Part shown: piece after piece, positions 30,242 to 41,440 of the stretch | How positions within the stretch are numbered: the stretch's first letter is position 1 | Layout of the letters: every line of letters starts with the position of its first letter | NCBI GenBank assembly: GCA_003660975.1 | Contig: QMVG01000004.1 | Location: 1-64,000 of the forward strand | DNA from: Candidatus Micrarchaeota archaeon | GTDB taxonomy: Archaea; B1Sed10-29; B47-G15 | DNA: 64,000 bases | Direction: 5' to 3' | The notes under the pieces: generated by a model | What the model saw: only the letters and a program-made list of their open reading frames with translations | The model's database searches: none | What the model was told of the DNA's origin: nothing | Made by a program: the position numbers and the translations under genes

Positions 30242-33200
30242 TCAAACAATGTTGAAATCATCGTCCCTTGGTGCTTTTTTCTTCTTGCCTATTTTATAAG
30301 AAAACAATGTTTTCTCTTCGTCTGCCTCGTACTCTGCTAAAACCTTTCCTGACTTTGTCCTTATTTTTGGGGCAGCCTTCCTTTTTCTCTTTGGCAGTTT
30401 TGGAAGTGAAAAGCTTTTGAAAGGTGATTTCGAGGAAGCCTTGCTTATAGGATACTTACTTCTACCAAAGAGAGCCTTGATTTTGTTCAAAAATTCCTTT
30501 ACGCTGTCAAGCACGTCCATTAGCAAGGCCCTCTTAAAGAAGTACAGCAGCACGATTACTACTGCAAACGAAGCAATGCCCCCAGCTGCAACGTATATGG
30601 TGGAATCACCAGCTGCCTTTTCTTTCTGTGCAGGCGTGTAGCAGCTGCAGTCACTTATGTTTAACACCTGCTCTTCTGGACAGACGGTGTCCAGACACTT
30701 AAAGACGCATTCGCAGTTTTCATTGACCTCGTATCCTTCTGGGCACTCCACGTCGCAAGCTGCTGTTGTCTCTTCAATGCTTTCCGTGGATACAACAGAG
30801 GGTTGGCTTTCATCCATAAATTCATCCTTGTCTTCTACCAAGTTCACAGTGTAATTTACCTCTGCCTTTGATTTGGCTTTGACATCCAATGTCCACTCCA
30901 GCACAGGGTCGGCTTCAATCACTGTTGGCACGTTGTTGTCAAAAACAATATAACTAACATTGGGAGCTATGTCTTTCGGCACAGTCTCGCGTATCTTTGT
31001 TCTCTTTGTTGTGGAAAGAGGGTTGTAAACAGAGAGCGAGACGATTGTTTTATTGCTAGGAGTATCAAGGAAGTACCTTCTCACAGAAACCTTATTGCTC
31101 GGGCGCGGTTTCTCCTTAACCTCTATTGTTATCTCCTTATCAAAGTATATCTTATCCTTGTTGTTATTTGCCCCCCTTATAATCACAGTGTAATTGCCAG
31201 GTCTTGTGTATTCATCTGTCGTGTAATTAAATGAGTACTGCTTTACTTCTCCTCCGGATACAGAAACACTCCTTTTCCCTTGGAATACTTTTATTATATT
31301 ATAGTCCTGCTCAACAAAGATATAAACAGCCCTGCCTGTGCTTAGGGTGTTTTCTATTGTTAGAGAGATTGTCTTGTTTTTACCTGCTTCTGCCACCACC
31401 TTGCTTACGCCAACAGCAGATATGCCAGGCACTTGCTCAGAACCGCTGCTTTCACTGCTGCCAGCAGAGCTAGAACTGCTACCTGTGTTGTCATTCGTGC
31501 TTGACTCGCTTATGGTAAATTTATTTGTGAAGTTTTTGCTTCCAACAAGGCCCCAAACACCATCCACATCAACCATGGCATCATATGTTCCAGCATCAGG
31601 TATCGAGCAGCTGGTGAGTGTCTTTGAAGAGCTGCCGCTTATGCTTCCCGCGCATGCACTGTAACCTATTTCATAATAAACAGTGACTGTGCCATAGACA
31701 TAAGCATTAACAGAGGAGCCATTGCAACTTATGTTATATCTTATCCCACTAACTGTCGTGCTAAAGCTTTCTCCCTCCGTGGCTGAAGCAGATGACACGC
31801 TTCCTATGACAATATTGCTTTCCAATGTGCTGTTTCTGAGCACTGGAACCTTTGAGAGCTCGGTTATGCTTCCCTTCCTGCTCTGGTTATCTGTTAAGCT
31901 TATTGTAATATTATACAGGCCACCACCATTTACACCATTTACATCAAGCTGGCTTGCGTTAAACTCGCAGTACATGGACGTGCTGCTGTTGTCAAAAACT
32001 CTGCTTGTTATACTTTTCAATACTCCCTTTCTCCAGGACAGCGTGCAATTGCTCTTGTTGACCGTGTGCTGCAGGCTGCTCCATGAGATATATCCAAATG
32101 TCATGACCCTTGCCTTGAAGAAAACCTTTAACTTGGCATCTTTATCCCCAAGGTCCCCACTGTAGTATGTCTCTGTTATCTTTCCTGTGTCAGGCCCCAC
32201 ATAGCTTATATTCAGCATGGGCTCATAGAAGTATAAGATAACAGCATCTGAATAAGACTGGTTCTTTGATGACTTCACGCTTATGTTAACAGTTGTGTTC
32301 CCAGAATACGAGGATGAGACACTTATATTTACTGTGATGTTTTTACTTTCGCTTTTGTTTAACCGGATAGACACAGTGCTTGTGTTTGAGCTTAAACCAG
32401 CGCCAGGGCTTACTGACAGCGTATAGGAAGAAGCGTTATTTCCAACATTGCTCACAGTCAAAAGCACGGAAATATTTGCTTGGGGTATGCTGAAGTTTTT
32501 GTAGACCGTCTTGTTTGCAGAGACGCTAACATTGTACTCCTCCTTCATAGTAAGAGAAAATGAACTGCTGTTCGTGCTTGGATCGTAGCTTATTGGCAGC
32601 TTGTTAGAGCCACTCAAATAGCTGAAGTTCAGAAGCACGAGAGTGCTGTTTCCTCCGCCAATACTGCTGTTTAGGTGGCCATCCACGTAGAAATACCTTG
32701 AATTATGTGCCTGCAGTTCAAATGTTATACTGGTTCCCCAGCCACTGCTGTCGTTTAGGTAGATTGGCCAGTCATCCGTATTTCTTAACTCGACCGTTAC
32801 ATTGTAATTGACATTGCCTGTATTGTTTATTAAAACAGGGTGGTGTAGGTAGCCCATTGGCACATTGGCATTGTTGGCAGTTATGCTGACATTTGATTGT
32901 GCTCTCACATATACATTGATAACGGTACTCGTTCCTTGGTGTTTGTAGCTGTCATTTGCCTTTACTGTTATGTTATAGTACCCTGGGTGCTCTTTTGAGG
33001 TGTCCCAGTCATATGAACATGTTAAGTTCCATATATGAACGTTGTGTGAACAGTCCTCACTGGCGTCTATTAATTGCCAGCCAGTACCAAAGTTAATCAT
33101 TATCGTATCGTTAAGAAGATTATAATCACTCACTGTGAAGTTTACCTTGCTGCTTATGCCGGAGACATTGCTGCCATTGCCAGGTGCTGTTATGTTCACT

Positions 33201-34393
33201 GCTGGGGCATCATTGTCAATTGTGATGTTTGTTGTGTTGAACACTGGACCATTGCCTGCTTTGTCTTTTTTTACCCATATGCTTATATTGTAGCAGCCGT
33301 CGTCAAATTCAGTTGTGTCTATGGTTTTATAGAAAATATTGGCGCTGTCATTTGACATGTTAAGGTGAGAGCCGTAATTTGAGTAATAATATTGGTCGCT
33401 TGCATTATCGCATGGTGTTACATCCATCTGAACATTGTCTTCATTGCTTGGTAGCCCTGAGAGGTTTTCTGATATTCTCACAGTTACGTTATATGTTCCA
33501 TTTATGTGGCTGCCAGCAGTCGGCTGCTGGAAAATTATGATTGGGTCTTTGTTGTCAATGCCTATAAACCACGTTACGAATGCCCTATTGCTTGAAGCGT
33601 CCGTGACAGTTATATTAAAGTAATAACTGCCATCGCTAACACTCTGCGTGATTGGATATGCATTCCACTTTCCATTATTGTTGTCACCACTGTACCTGTT
33701 CATCCCAAAGCTTTGCAGTTCATCTGCAGGATTGCTGCCATTTGCGATGTAAAGCACTGCAGAGCTTATGCCGTAGCCCACATCAGTCAGGCTCACGTTT
33801 ACCGTGACTCCGTCTGATATATACGTGAAATTATTATACCAAACAGTTAGGTTGTATAGGGTTTGAGCATATGTCATAAACAGCGTGCCTGTGTTTATCT
33901 CTGGAGCTTTGGTGTCAAGGACATCTATGCTGAAGTTCTTGAACACAGACGAACCGTTCGTATCATAGTCAAAGTAGCTAAGGTTATAGTCGTGGTGATA
34001 TTCTCCTATGTAAACTTTGAACACCACTGTAACACTCTTATTTGGTGCCAATCCCAGCAAGGTGGTATTGCTGGATGCGTTTACAGTGCAGTTCATAGCA
34101 GGCATATCCCTGAACATTCCAATATCGCAGCTGACATTTTCACTGCTTGGGCCAGCCAGAAATTCAGAAAAATTACACTCATTTGGATTGCTGAAATTCG
34201 CCAATGTAAGGTTAAACTTAGTTATGTTATCATCAGAGCTTGCGTTATTCTCAATAGTGATTTGCAAGGTGTGAAATCCTGTGTCGTTTACAGTGCTTTG
34301 GTTTAGGGTTACAATAGCAACATGTGAAGATACGGTGCTTTGGGCTATAAAAACAAAAAAGAGAGCTATAAGGAAAATATACTTAATTTTCAT
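30242..34393 (-). CDS. Large cell-surface glycoprotein with Ig-like repeats
   Basis: Signal peptide, many N-x-S/T sequons, IDNxxP Ig-repeat linkers, Ser-rich linker, Cys-rich motif, TM helix, basic cytoplasmic tail. Confidence 0.8.
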   Translation of the reverse strand: MKIKYIFLIALFFVFIAQSTVSSHVAIVTLNQSTVNDTGFHTLQITIENNASSDDNITKFNLTLANFSNPNECNFSEFLAGPSSENVSCDIGMFRDMPAMNCTVNASSNTTLLGLAPNKSVTVVFKVYIGEYHHDYNLSYFDYDTNGSSVFKNFSIDVLDTKAPEINTGTLFMTYAQTLYNLTVWYNNFTYISDGVTVNVSLTDVGYGISSAVLYIANGSNPADELQSFGMNRYSGDNNNGKWNAYPITQSVSDGSYYFNITVTDASSNRAFVTWFIGIDNKDPIIIFQQPTAGSHINGTYNVTVRISENLSGLPSNEDNVQMDVTPCDNASDQYYYSNYGSHLNMSNDSANIFYKTIDTTEFDDGCYNISIWVKKDKAGNGPVFNTTNITIDNDAPAVNITAPGNGSNVSGISSKVNFTVSDYNLLNDTIMINFGTGWQLIDASEDCSHNVHIWNLTCSYDWDTSKEHPGYYNITVKANDSYKHQGTSTVINVYVRAQSNVSITANNANVPMGYLHHPVLINNTGNVNYNVTVELRNTDDWPIYLNDSSGWGTSITFELQAHNSRYFYVDGHLNSSIGGGNSTLVLLNFSYLSGSNKLPISYDPSTNSSSFSLTMKEEYNVSVSANKTVYKNFSIPQANISVLLTVSNVGNNASSYTLSVSPGAGLSSNTSTVSIRLNKSESKNITVNISVSSSYSGNTTVNISVKSSKNQSYSDAVILYFYEPMLNISYVGPDTGKITETYYSGDLGDKDAKLKVFFKARVMTFGYISWSSLQHTVNKSNCTLSWRKGVLKSITSRVFDNSSTSMYCEFNASQLDVNGVNGGGLYNITISLTDNQSRKGSITELSKVPVLRNSTLESNIVIGSVSSASATEGESFSTTVSGIRYNISCNGSSVNAYVYGTVTVYYEIGYSACAGSISGSSSKTLTSCSIPDAGTYDAMVDVDGVWGLVGSKNFTNKFTISESSTNDNTGSSSSSAGSSESSGSEQVPGISAVGVSKVVAEAGKNKTISLTIENTLSTGRAVYIFVEQDYNIIKVFQGKRSVSVSGGEVKQYSFNYTTDEYTRPGNYTVIIRGANNNKDKIYFDKEITIEVKEKPRPSNKVSVRRYFLDTPSNKTIVSLSVYNPLSTTKRTKIRETVPKDIAPNVSYIVFDNNVPTVIEADPVLEWTLDVKAKSKAEVNYTVNLVEDKDEFMDESQPSVVSTESIEETTAACDVECPEGYEVNENCECVFKCLDTVCPEEQVLNISDCSCYTPAQKEKAAGDSTIYVAAGGIASFAVVIVLLYFFKRALLMDVLDSVKEFLNKIKALFGRSKYPISKASSKSPFKSFSLPKLPKRKRKAAPKIRTKSGKVLAEYEADEEKTLFSYKIGKKKKAPRDDDFNIV

Positions 34394-34500
34394 ATATATC
34401 GCCTTTATATATGCTGTTCATTTATTTATAATTTTCTAAAATAGACTGCCAATATCTTTTTATTCACATACTGTTTTTATGAGCTGTGAGGGATAGGTGA

Positions 34501-37500
34501 ATGACGAAATTAGAGAAGATTAAGCTAAAGAACTTCAAGTCCTTCCGAAATGTAAGCATACCTCTGGCCATGGGCCATACAACAATTGTTGGACCCAATG
34601 GCTCTGGAAAAAGCAATATCCTTGATGCGATTTGCTTTGTTCTTGGAACTACTTCTATGAAAGCATTAAGGGCAACGCGCTTGACAGATTTAGTAAATCA
34701 CAATTCTAAGGATGGCACAGCCGAGGTTACGATAAGCATAAGAGACGACGGGGGAGAGAGATTTGATATAACTCGCATCATAGACAAGGGAGGAAGTAGC
34801 ATCTTCAAGGTTAACGGAAAGAGGACAACTATGAAAGATGTTGAAGAGTTGCTGTCAAGGATGGGCATACATCCTGATGGGCATAACATCATTATGCAGG
34901 GAGATGTGACAAGGTTCATAAAGATGACCCCACTCCAGAGAAGGCAAATAATAGATGAAATAAGCGGTATAGCAGAATATGAGGAGAAAAAGCAGGAGGC
35001 TATGAAGGAGCTGGAGAAGGTTCAAACAAAGATAAAGGAAGCTGAAATAGTGTTAAGCGAAAGGAAATCGTACCTAAGAATCCTTGAGAGCGAGAGGCGG
35101 GAAGCCAAAAGGTATCAGGACTTGCAAGAGAAAAGAAAAGTGTACAAGGCCAGCATTTTGAGGATAGAAGTTGAAAAAGCTGAAAAAAGGTTTAAGAGAA
35201 TTATAGAGAAAATCAGCAAGCTGGAGGGGGAGATTTCTGCCATAGATGAAAAGAAAAAAGCTTTAACTGAGAAGTTAAAGCAGTTAGAGGAGGAATACAA
35301 TAAGATAACAGACCAGATTTTTAAGGAGGGAGACAAGAGACAAGCAGATGTGTCAGCAGAAATAGAGCAGATAAAAGGCAGCATAGCAATGTTAGACGGC
35401 AGGATAAGAGCCATAAGGGAAAGCTTGGAAAATGAGCAGGCAAGGAAGGAGAAGCTTTTGTCTGAATATTCTTCTCTGGGAAACCAGCTGGCAGCTAAAG
35501 AGAAGGAAATTGAAAAGATAATATTAGAGATAGATGAAGTGACAAGGGACTTAAACGAGTGTAAAAAAGAGCTTGAAGAGTTGGGTGAAGCTGAAGATTT
35601 ATCAAAGCTGATTGATAATGTTTACTCTGAGATTGACAAGCTTAATGCGGAGATAGAGAAGAAAAAAGAAGCCTTATATAAAACTGAGATAGCAGTGAAG
35701 ACCATAACAGAGAGGATAAAGCTTAAAAAAGCTATTCTGGAAGATTATAACGCTAAGGACAGCAGAAAAAAACTGGCTGAAATTGAGGACAGGATAAGAA
35801 AGTACTCAAAAACAAAGGAAGAATGTAAGAAAGACATTTTATCTTTTGAAAACAAATTAAAGGAGCTTTACAGCGAGGAGAAGGAGCTTGATAAGGAGCT
35901 TAAGCAAAAAGAAAGCAAGCTTTCAGAGCTAATACAAAAAAAGGCAGCTCTTGAGAGCAAGATATCTGTTCTTAAGAATATTAGCGGTCTCTCCCAGACA
36001 GCAGAGGAGATAAAAAAAGCAGGCTTAAAAGGCATATTGGGCACCATTGCAGAGTTGTGTAATTACGGCACTAAATACAGTAAGGCAATAGAAACTGCGG
36101 CAGGGCCGAGAATGTTTTACATTGTCACGCAGAGCACAGAAGATGCAATAAATGCTGTTAAATACCTCAAATCAAAAAAATTGGGAAGGGCCACCTTTAT
36201 CCCTCTTGACAAAATAAAAGCAAGAGACATGCATTCTTCTGTTAAAAGCCTGCTCAAGCACCCAAAGGCCCTTGACCTGGCAGTCAAGCTTATTACTTAT
36301 GACAAAAAATATGAAAACGCAATGAAATATGTTTTTGGGGACACTCTTGTTGTTAAAGACATAGAGGCAGTTAAAGAGATCGGCCTGGGAAAGATCCGCA
36401 TGGTGACACTTGATGGAGACCTTGCGTCAGAGCAAGGAGTCATAAGCGGAGGCTTTAGCAAGGGCTTGGGTATCTCTGATGTGAAGCAGCTGGATGATTT
36501 GAAGGCTCTGATAAAAGATTATGAAAATGCAAAGAAGCTTCTGATGAGGCGCTTGGAGGAGCTTAGGGAGAAGCAGTCAGAACTTCGCTCCAAAAAGAGC
36601 TCCTCTGAGTTAAAGATGAAGGAAGCTGACGTTATGCTGAAGGAGTGGCAGAGGCGCTTTAGCGAGCAGAGCAAGGTTCTCAAGTCAGGAGAAAGGCAAA
36701 GCATGAGCATTCTAAAAGAGCTTAAGGGCATGGAGGAGGCTTTAATTGAAAAGGAAAGGCAAAAAGGCGAGATTGAAAAAGAGTTAGACGAGCTTATTGA
36801 GAAAAGAAACGCTATGAAGCAGGAGCTCAGCTCGTACGAAAAGTCTGAGGAAGCAGAAAGAGTGAAGCAATTAAAACAAAGATATGAGGAATTAAAAAAT
36901 AAGAAAACAGAACTTGAGCTGCAGAAAAAAAGCATTGAGACCGAAGCAGAAAGGGTGCTTTTGAAAAGCAGGGAGGAAGTCAAACTGCAGATCTCGGAGA
37001 TAGATGAGAGGATAAAGAAAATGACAGAGGAATTGGAGAGAAACAGCAAAGAGCGCAATGACCTTATAAGAGTACAGAAGGAAAAGGAAATAATCGCAAG
37101 GAAGCTTGCCAGCTCCATGACCGAGCTTTACGAAGCGAGGAGCAAGATTGAAACTGAGAGGTCTAAGCTAAATGAGGAGATGATAAGGTTAGAAAGCAAA
37201 CGGGAGAGCTTATCTGAAAAGCTGAGCGAAGCTAAGGTCAATAAGGCAAACATTGAAACTGAGTACTTTAATCTTAAAAACCAGCTGTCTTCATATAAGG
37301 ACGTAGAGTTTATCACAGACAAGAAAGAGGAGCAGCTGCAGAGACAGTTGATTGTCATTGAAAGGGAAATGTCCGAGATGGGCTATGTTAACATGAAGGC
37401 AATTGAGAAGTACGAAGAGTACGCAAGAGAGGTTAAGGAGATAGAAGAAAAAGCGAAAAAATTGAGGGAGGAAAAAGACAGCATCTTAAAGCTGATGAAT

Positions 37501-38016
37501 GAGATAGAAAAGAGAAAGATTGATGCTTTCATGAAAGCCTTTGAAGCACTCAACAAGAATTTCAACAGGTACTTTAAGGAATTTTATCCAGAAAAAGGCT
37601 CATACGCAAGCATCGAGCTAGACAACAAGGAGAAGCCCTTGGAGAGCGGGCTGCTTCTCTCTGCATCCCCGGCTGGAAAGAAGATGAAGCACATAGAGGC
37701 CATGAGTGGTGGGGAAAAGACAGTAACGGCGTTGGCATTTCTTTTTGCTATTCAGGCATATAACCCATCACCTTTCTATGTTCTGGACGAGGCAGACGCA
37801 GCACTGGACCCAGCCAACAGCCAGAGAGTGGCCAGGATGATAAAGAAATTCTCGCGTGAAACCCAGATAATAACAATAACACATAACAGGTACATAATTG
37901 AAGAGGCCGACCAGATAATAGGCGTTCACATGAGCAAGGACGGCTCAAGTTTGATAGAGCTTGACATGAAAGCGTATGTAGGGGATGCTAAGGAGAAAAG
38001 CACTGAAGCAACATAA
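34501..38016 (+). CDS. smc: Chromosome partition protein Smc
   Basis: GPNGSGKSN, hinge GRATFIPLD, MSGGEK, LDEADAALD. Confidence 0.97.
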   Translation: MTKLEKIKLKNFKSFRNVSIPLAMGHTTIVGPNGSGKSNILDAICFVLGTTSMKALRATRLTDLVNHNSKDGTAEVTISIRDDGGERFDITRIIDKGGSSIFKVNGKRTTMKDVEELLSRMGIHPDGHNIIMQGDVTRFIKMTPLQRRQIIDEISGIAEYEEKKQEAMKELEKVQTKIKEAEIVLSERKSYLRILESERREAKRYQDLQEKRKVYKASILRIEVEKAEKRFKRIIEKISKLEGEISAIDEKKKALTEKLKQLEEEYNKITDQIFKEGDKRQADVSAEIEQIKGSIAMLDGRIRAIRESLENEQARKEKLLSEYSSLGNQLAAKEKEIEKIILEIDEVTRDLNECKKELEELGEAEDLSKLIDNVYSEIDKLNAEIEKKKEALYKTEIAVKTITERIKLKKAILEDYNAKDSRKKLAEIEDRIRKYSKTKEECKKDILSFENKLKELYSEEKELDKELKQKESKLSELIQKKAALESKISVLKNISGLSQTAEEIKKAGLKGILGTIAELCNYGTKYSKAIETAAGPRMFYIVTQSTEDAINAVKYLKSKKLGRATFIPLDKIKARDMHSSVKSLLKHPKALDLAVKLITYDKKYENAMKYVFGDTLVVKDIEAVKEIGLGKIRMVTLDGDLASEQGVISGGFSKGLGISDVKQLDDLKALIKDYENAKKLLMRRLEELREKQSELRSKKSSSELKMKEADVMLKEWQRRFSEQSKVLKSGERQSMSILKELKGMEEALIEKERQKGEIEKELDELIEKRNAMKQELSSYEKSEEAERVKQLKQRYEELKNKKTELELQKKSIETEAERVLLKSREEVKLQISEIDERIKKMTEELERNSKERNDLIRVQKEKEIIARKLASSMTELYEARSKIETERSKLNEEMIRLESKRESLSEKLSEAKVNKANIETEYFNLKNQLSSYKDVEFITDKKEEQLQRQLIVIEREMSEMGYVNMKAIEKYEEYAREVKEIEEKAKKLREEKDSILKLMNEIEKRKIDAFMKAFEALNKNFNRYFKEFYPEKGSYASIELDNKEKPLESGLLLSASPAGKKMKHIEAMSGGEKTVTALAFLFAIQAYNPSPFYVLDEADAALDPANSQRVARMIKKFSRETQIITITHNRYIIEEADQIIGVHMSKDGSSLIELDMKAYVGDAKEKSTEAT

Positions 38017-38056
38017 ATCTTAAATATGTATAACCTGTTATAGAAGTGGTGGTATC

Positions 38057-38536
38057 TTGCAGCTCTTTGATTTTGAAAGCAAATATGCATCTGATGTTGC
38101 CGAGATGATAAACACAGCCAGGTGGAAGGAAAGGCTATTTACAAACCCGCAGTATCATGTTACTCCTGACAGCTTGGTAGAGTACATAAAAGACAAGAAA
38201 AAGAACTGCAAGCAGTATTGGATGCTCATTGCCATAGAAAAAGGAAAGGTTATAGGCTACATTGACTTTGAAATTACAAATAATAACGAAGGCCTATTGA
38301 GAGGCATATATCTGAAGCACAACTACAGGAACAAAGGAATAGGCAGAAAGATGATTGCAGAGGCAGAGAGATTGCTGAAAAACAATGGTTGCAATGTTAT
38401 TTACGCTTATATCTTTGAGGATAATGCTGATGCCATACGCTTCCTGGAGAGGCAAGGCTATCTTTATCAGAAAGCAGAGAAACACAGCTCAAGGAATAAG
38501 AAATACATAGTTATGAAAAAAGAAATAATTTACTGA
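38057..38536 (+). CDS. GNAT acetyltransferase
   Basis: YRNKGIGRKMI, NADAIRFLERQGY. Confidence 0.88.
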   Translation: MQLFDFESKYASDVAEMINTARWKERLFTNPQYHVTPDSLVEYIKDKKKNCKQYWMLIAIEKGKVIGYIDFEITNNNEGLLRGIYLKHNYRNKGIGRKMIAEAERLLKNNGCNVIYAYIFEDNADAIRFLERQGYLYQKAEKHSSRNKKYIVMKKEIIY

Positions 38537-38545
38537 GGCGAGTTG

Positions 38546-39886
38546 ATGGACTACAATATTATTATAATAGGAGGAGGACCTGCTGGCATCACTACTGCCC
38601 TCACAGCAAAACTGTACTACAAAGACAAAAGAATATTGCTCATAAAAAGCATTGAAAAGGGAGTAATTCCATGTGCAATTCCATACACATTTAAAACAAT
38701 AAAGCCAGATGAAGATGCTCTTAGTACAGAAGGTCTTGAAAAAGAGGGAATAGATGTTCTGGTTGACGAGGTGGTTCATGTTGACCGTGAGAGGAAGGAA
38801 GTTATAACCAAGGCAGATAGGCATTTTACATATGACAAGCTTGTTCTTGCAACTGGCTCAAAGGCAGCGAAATTACCAATAGAGGGAATAGAGAAAGAAG
38901 GCATATTTACAATAAGAAAAGACATGGATTACCTTAAGATGCTCCGTGAGGAGGTATACAAGGCAAACGATGTAGTTATAATAGGTGGAGGTTTCATAGG
39001 CGTTGAGATGGCTGATGAGCTATCCCACCTAGATGGCTTAAACGTGACTATCGTAGAGCTGCTTCCTGAAATTTTGCCCCTTTCATTTGACTCAGAGTTT
39101 TCAAGAGTGGCGCATGAGATACTCAGCTCCCAGGGAGTAAACATAATAACAGGCAGCTCTGCAAAACGTTTCAATGGAGGAGAGAGGGTTGAGTCAGTGC
39201 TGCTTTCTGATGGCAGGGAGATTCCAGCACAGGTGGTTATCATAGGGGTTGGAGCTAGACCAAATGCAGATTTGGCCAAAGACATAGGACTCAATGTAAA
39301 CAAGGGCATAGTGGTGGACAAGTATATGAGAAGCTCTGATAAAGACATATTTGCCGTCGGAGACTGCGCAGAAAAAAAGGACTTTTTGACAGGAAAGACG
39401 CTGAACGTGCTTCTGGCGTCTACTGCCTGTGCAGAAGCCAGGATAGCTGCTGCTAACCTCTTTGCAGTAAAAGCTTTGAGAGAGAATAAAGGAACTGTTG
39501 CTGCTTATTCGACAAAGATAGGAGACAAAACCTTTGCAGCTGCAGGCCTGATAGAGAAGCTTGCAGAGAAACAAAACATAGACATTGTTGTCGGGAAGGC
39601 AGAGGTTTTTAATAGGCATCCTTCCAAGTTGCCAGGCAGTTCAAAGACAGTGCTAAAACTTTTGTTCTCAAAGCAATCAGCTGACTTGCTGGGAGCAGAG
39701 CTTATGGGAGATTCAAGCGCAGCTGAATTAATAAACATCCTGAGCTTGGCAATACAAAGATCGGTTAAGCTATATGACCTAGAGAGAATGCAGTTTGCGA
39801 CACATCCAAAGTTAACTGCCTCTCCAGTGGCTTATCCAATAGTGAAGGCCGCTCAAGACGCTTTGGCAAAGCTTAATAGTTCCTGA
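38546..39886 (+). CDS. FAD-dependent pyridine nucleotide-disulfide oxidoreductase (NADH oxidase/CoADR-like)
   Basis: GGGPAG, single Cys in IPCAIPY, GGGFIGVE, FAVGDC. Confidence 0.9.
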   Translation: MDYNIIIIGGGPAGITTALTAKLYYKDKRILLIKSIEKGVIPCAIPYTFKTIKPDEDALSTEGLEKEGIDVLVDEVVHVDRERKEVITKADRHFTYDKLVLATGSKAAKLPIEGIEKEGIFTIRKDMDYLKMLREEVYKANDVVIIGGGFIGVEMADELSHLDGLNVTIVELLPEILPLSFDSEFSRVAHEILSSQGVNIITGSSAKRFNGGERVESVLLSDGREIPAQVVIIGVGARPNADLAKDIGLNVNKGIVVDKYMRSSDKDIFAVGDCAEKKDFLTGKTLNVLLASTACAEARIAAANLFAVKALRENKGTVAAYSTKIGDKTFAAAGLIEKLAEKQNIDIVVGKAEVFNRHPSKLPGSSKTVLKLLFSKQSADLLGAELMGDSSAAELINILSLAIQRSVKLYDLERMQFATHPKLTASPVAYPIVKAAQDALAKLNSS

Positions 39887-40202
39887 ACATCAGTTCAAAT
39901 TTCTTTTCAATCCTTCTCTTTGTGATGCCAGAGACACCAAAGAGTGCAAACCCTCCGATTATAATCAATATGAAAACTAGCTTTATGCTTTCATATCCTC
40001 CGAGAGGCGTTTCAGTGCTGAAATTCGGTATGATGTCTATGAGAACAAAAAGAAAGAGCGAGCTTATAATCAGTATCAAGTAAGTGATTTCATTGCTTAT
40101 CTCTTTTAAATACTCTACAAGAAGGTATTCGTAAGCTTCAACCTCTTTTACTTCTTTCTCAAGCTTTTGTATTTTGCTTTCTTTCTTAATAGCTCTCACC
40201 AT
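39873..40202 (-). CDS. Hypothetical two-TM protein
   Basis: Two hydrophobic segments. Confidence 0.6.
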   Translation of the reverse strand: MVRAIKKESKIQKLEKEVKEVEAYEYLLVEYLKEISNEITYLILIISSLFLFVLIDIIPNFSTETPLGGYESIKLVFILIIIGGFALFGVSGITKRRIEKKFELMFRNY

Positions 40203-40241
40203 ACACTTAGCTAAGGCGCTACGGATATAAAAATGTGGGGG

Positions 40242-40544
40242 TTAGCCGAAGAGGCTTGCAAGACCCCCTGCTGCTTCCTCTTCAGTTTTTTCCTCTTTCT
40301 TTTCCTCTTTCTTCTCAGCTTTGCTCTCTGCTGGGCTTGCAGGAGCTGCTGCAGGAGCGCTTGCCACTGGCACTCCTTTTTCTATTGCCTCGTCTATGTT
40401 TACTCCCTCAAGAGCAGCTATGAGTGCTTTGACTCTTGCCTCGTCAACTTTTATTCCCGCGCCTTCCAAAACCTTCTTAACATTTTCTTCTGTTATGTCT
40501 TTTTTCGCAGAGTGCAAAAGCAATGCTGCATACACATACTCCAT
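40242..40544 (-). CDS. rpl12: 50S ribosomal protein L12 (aP1)
   Basis: [11 protein letters not shown]...GLASLFG; GGAGGT RBS. Confidence 0.97.
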   Translation of the reverse strand: MEYVYAALLLHSAKKDITEENVKKVLEGAGIKVDEARVKALIAALEGVNIDEAIEKGVPVASAPAAAPASPAESKAEKKEEKKEEKTEEEAAGGLASLFG

Positions 40545-40564
40545 TTCAAATACCTCCGTTAACA

Positions 40565-41440
40565 TTATTTTCCATATCCTTTGCTCTCAAGCAGGCTCAT
40601 CAGCGCCTTTCCCCTGCTGCCGTATTTACTGAGTATTGCTTCCATACTCTGTTTGGTAAATATCTCTGCGTTTATGGCTAATGAGAGCGCTTTGCTGTGG
40701 GCCTGTGTGAGCATAATCTCAACAACATCTTTTGTTGGATATCCTATGTTAAATGCCAAGCTGAGTGCCTCTTTATATGCTTTTGTTACATCATTGAAGA
40801 GTTTTTCCTCATCTATATCCAGCACCTCAGCTGGATAAACAACGCCATCTTGATAAAAGGCCTTAACATGTAACCATATTTCGACAGGCTTTATTCCCAG
40901 CTTATTTAGCGCGTTTGCCACCTCTTTGCTTATAACATCACCTGCCTTTGCTACAGTGCTGTCTTTTGTTATCACTATCTTTCCTTTGTCAAGCTTTACA
41001 TCTATTTTTGCCATCTTTAGCTCTGTTAGTGCTGGTCCAGCAGGTATGTCTGTTTCGCCAGCAGGCACCACTATGTCCTTCTCTGCTATCATGCCTTCCT
41101 TAGCAGATGCCCTGCTCTTGTTTTCTTTGAGGGACCTAGACAACTTAAACGGGTCCTCGGAAGAAAAGATCAGGCCAACAGGGCCCTCCACATATCTCTC
41201 AAATTCCTTGTTTTTGTCAATCCCACTCTCTTCAATTGCTCTTTGAATAATGCTTTTTTTAGTAACAACTATCTCTGCCTTGCCTCTGAGCTTCTTTCTT
41301 ATCTCCTGAAACTGCTGGCTGGGCAATTTTTTTATGTCAATTATTCCAACAACAGGGCTGTTTCTTATTTTTTCCGCTATCTCTTTCACCTTATCTTTCT
41401 TCCACTGCTTTACGTGGTCATCTCCATCTCTTTTAACCAT
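40565..41440 (-). CDS. rpl10: 50S ribosomal protein L10 (P0)
   Basis: [23 protein letters not shown]; operon context. Confidence 0.95.
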   Translation of the reverse strand: MVKRDGDDHVKQWKKDKVKEIAEKIRNSPVVGIIDIKKLPSQQFQEIRKKLRGKAEIVVTKKSIIQRAIEESGIDKNKEFERYVEGPVGLIFSSEDPFKLSRSLKENKSRASAKEGMIAEKDIVVPAGETDIPAGPALTELKMAKIDVKLDKGKIVITKDSTVAKAGDVISKEVANALNKLGIKPVEIWLHVKAFYQDGVVYPAEVLDIDEEKLFNDVTKAYKEALSLAFNIGYPTKDVVEIMLTQAHSKALSLAINAEIFTKQSMEAILSKYGSRGKALMSLLESKGYGK

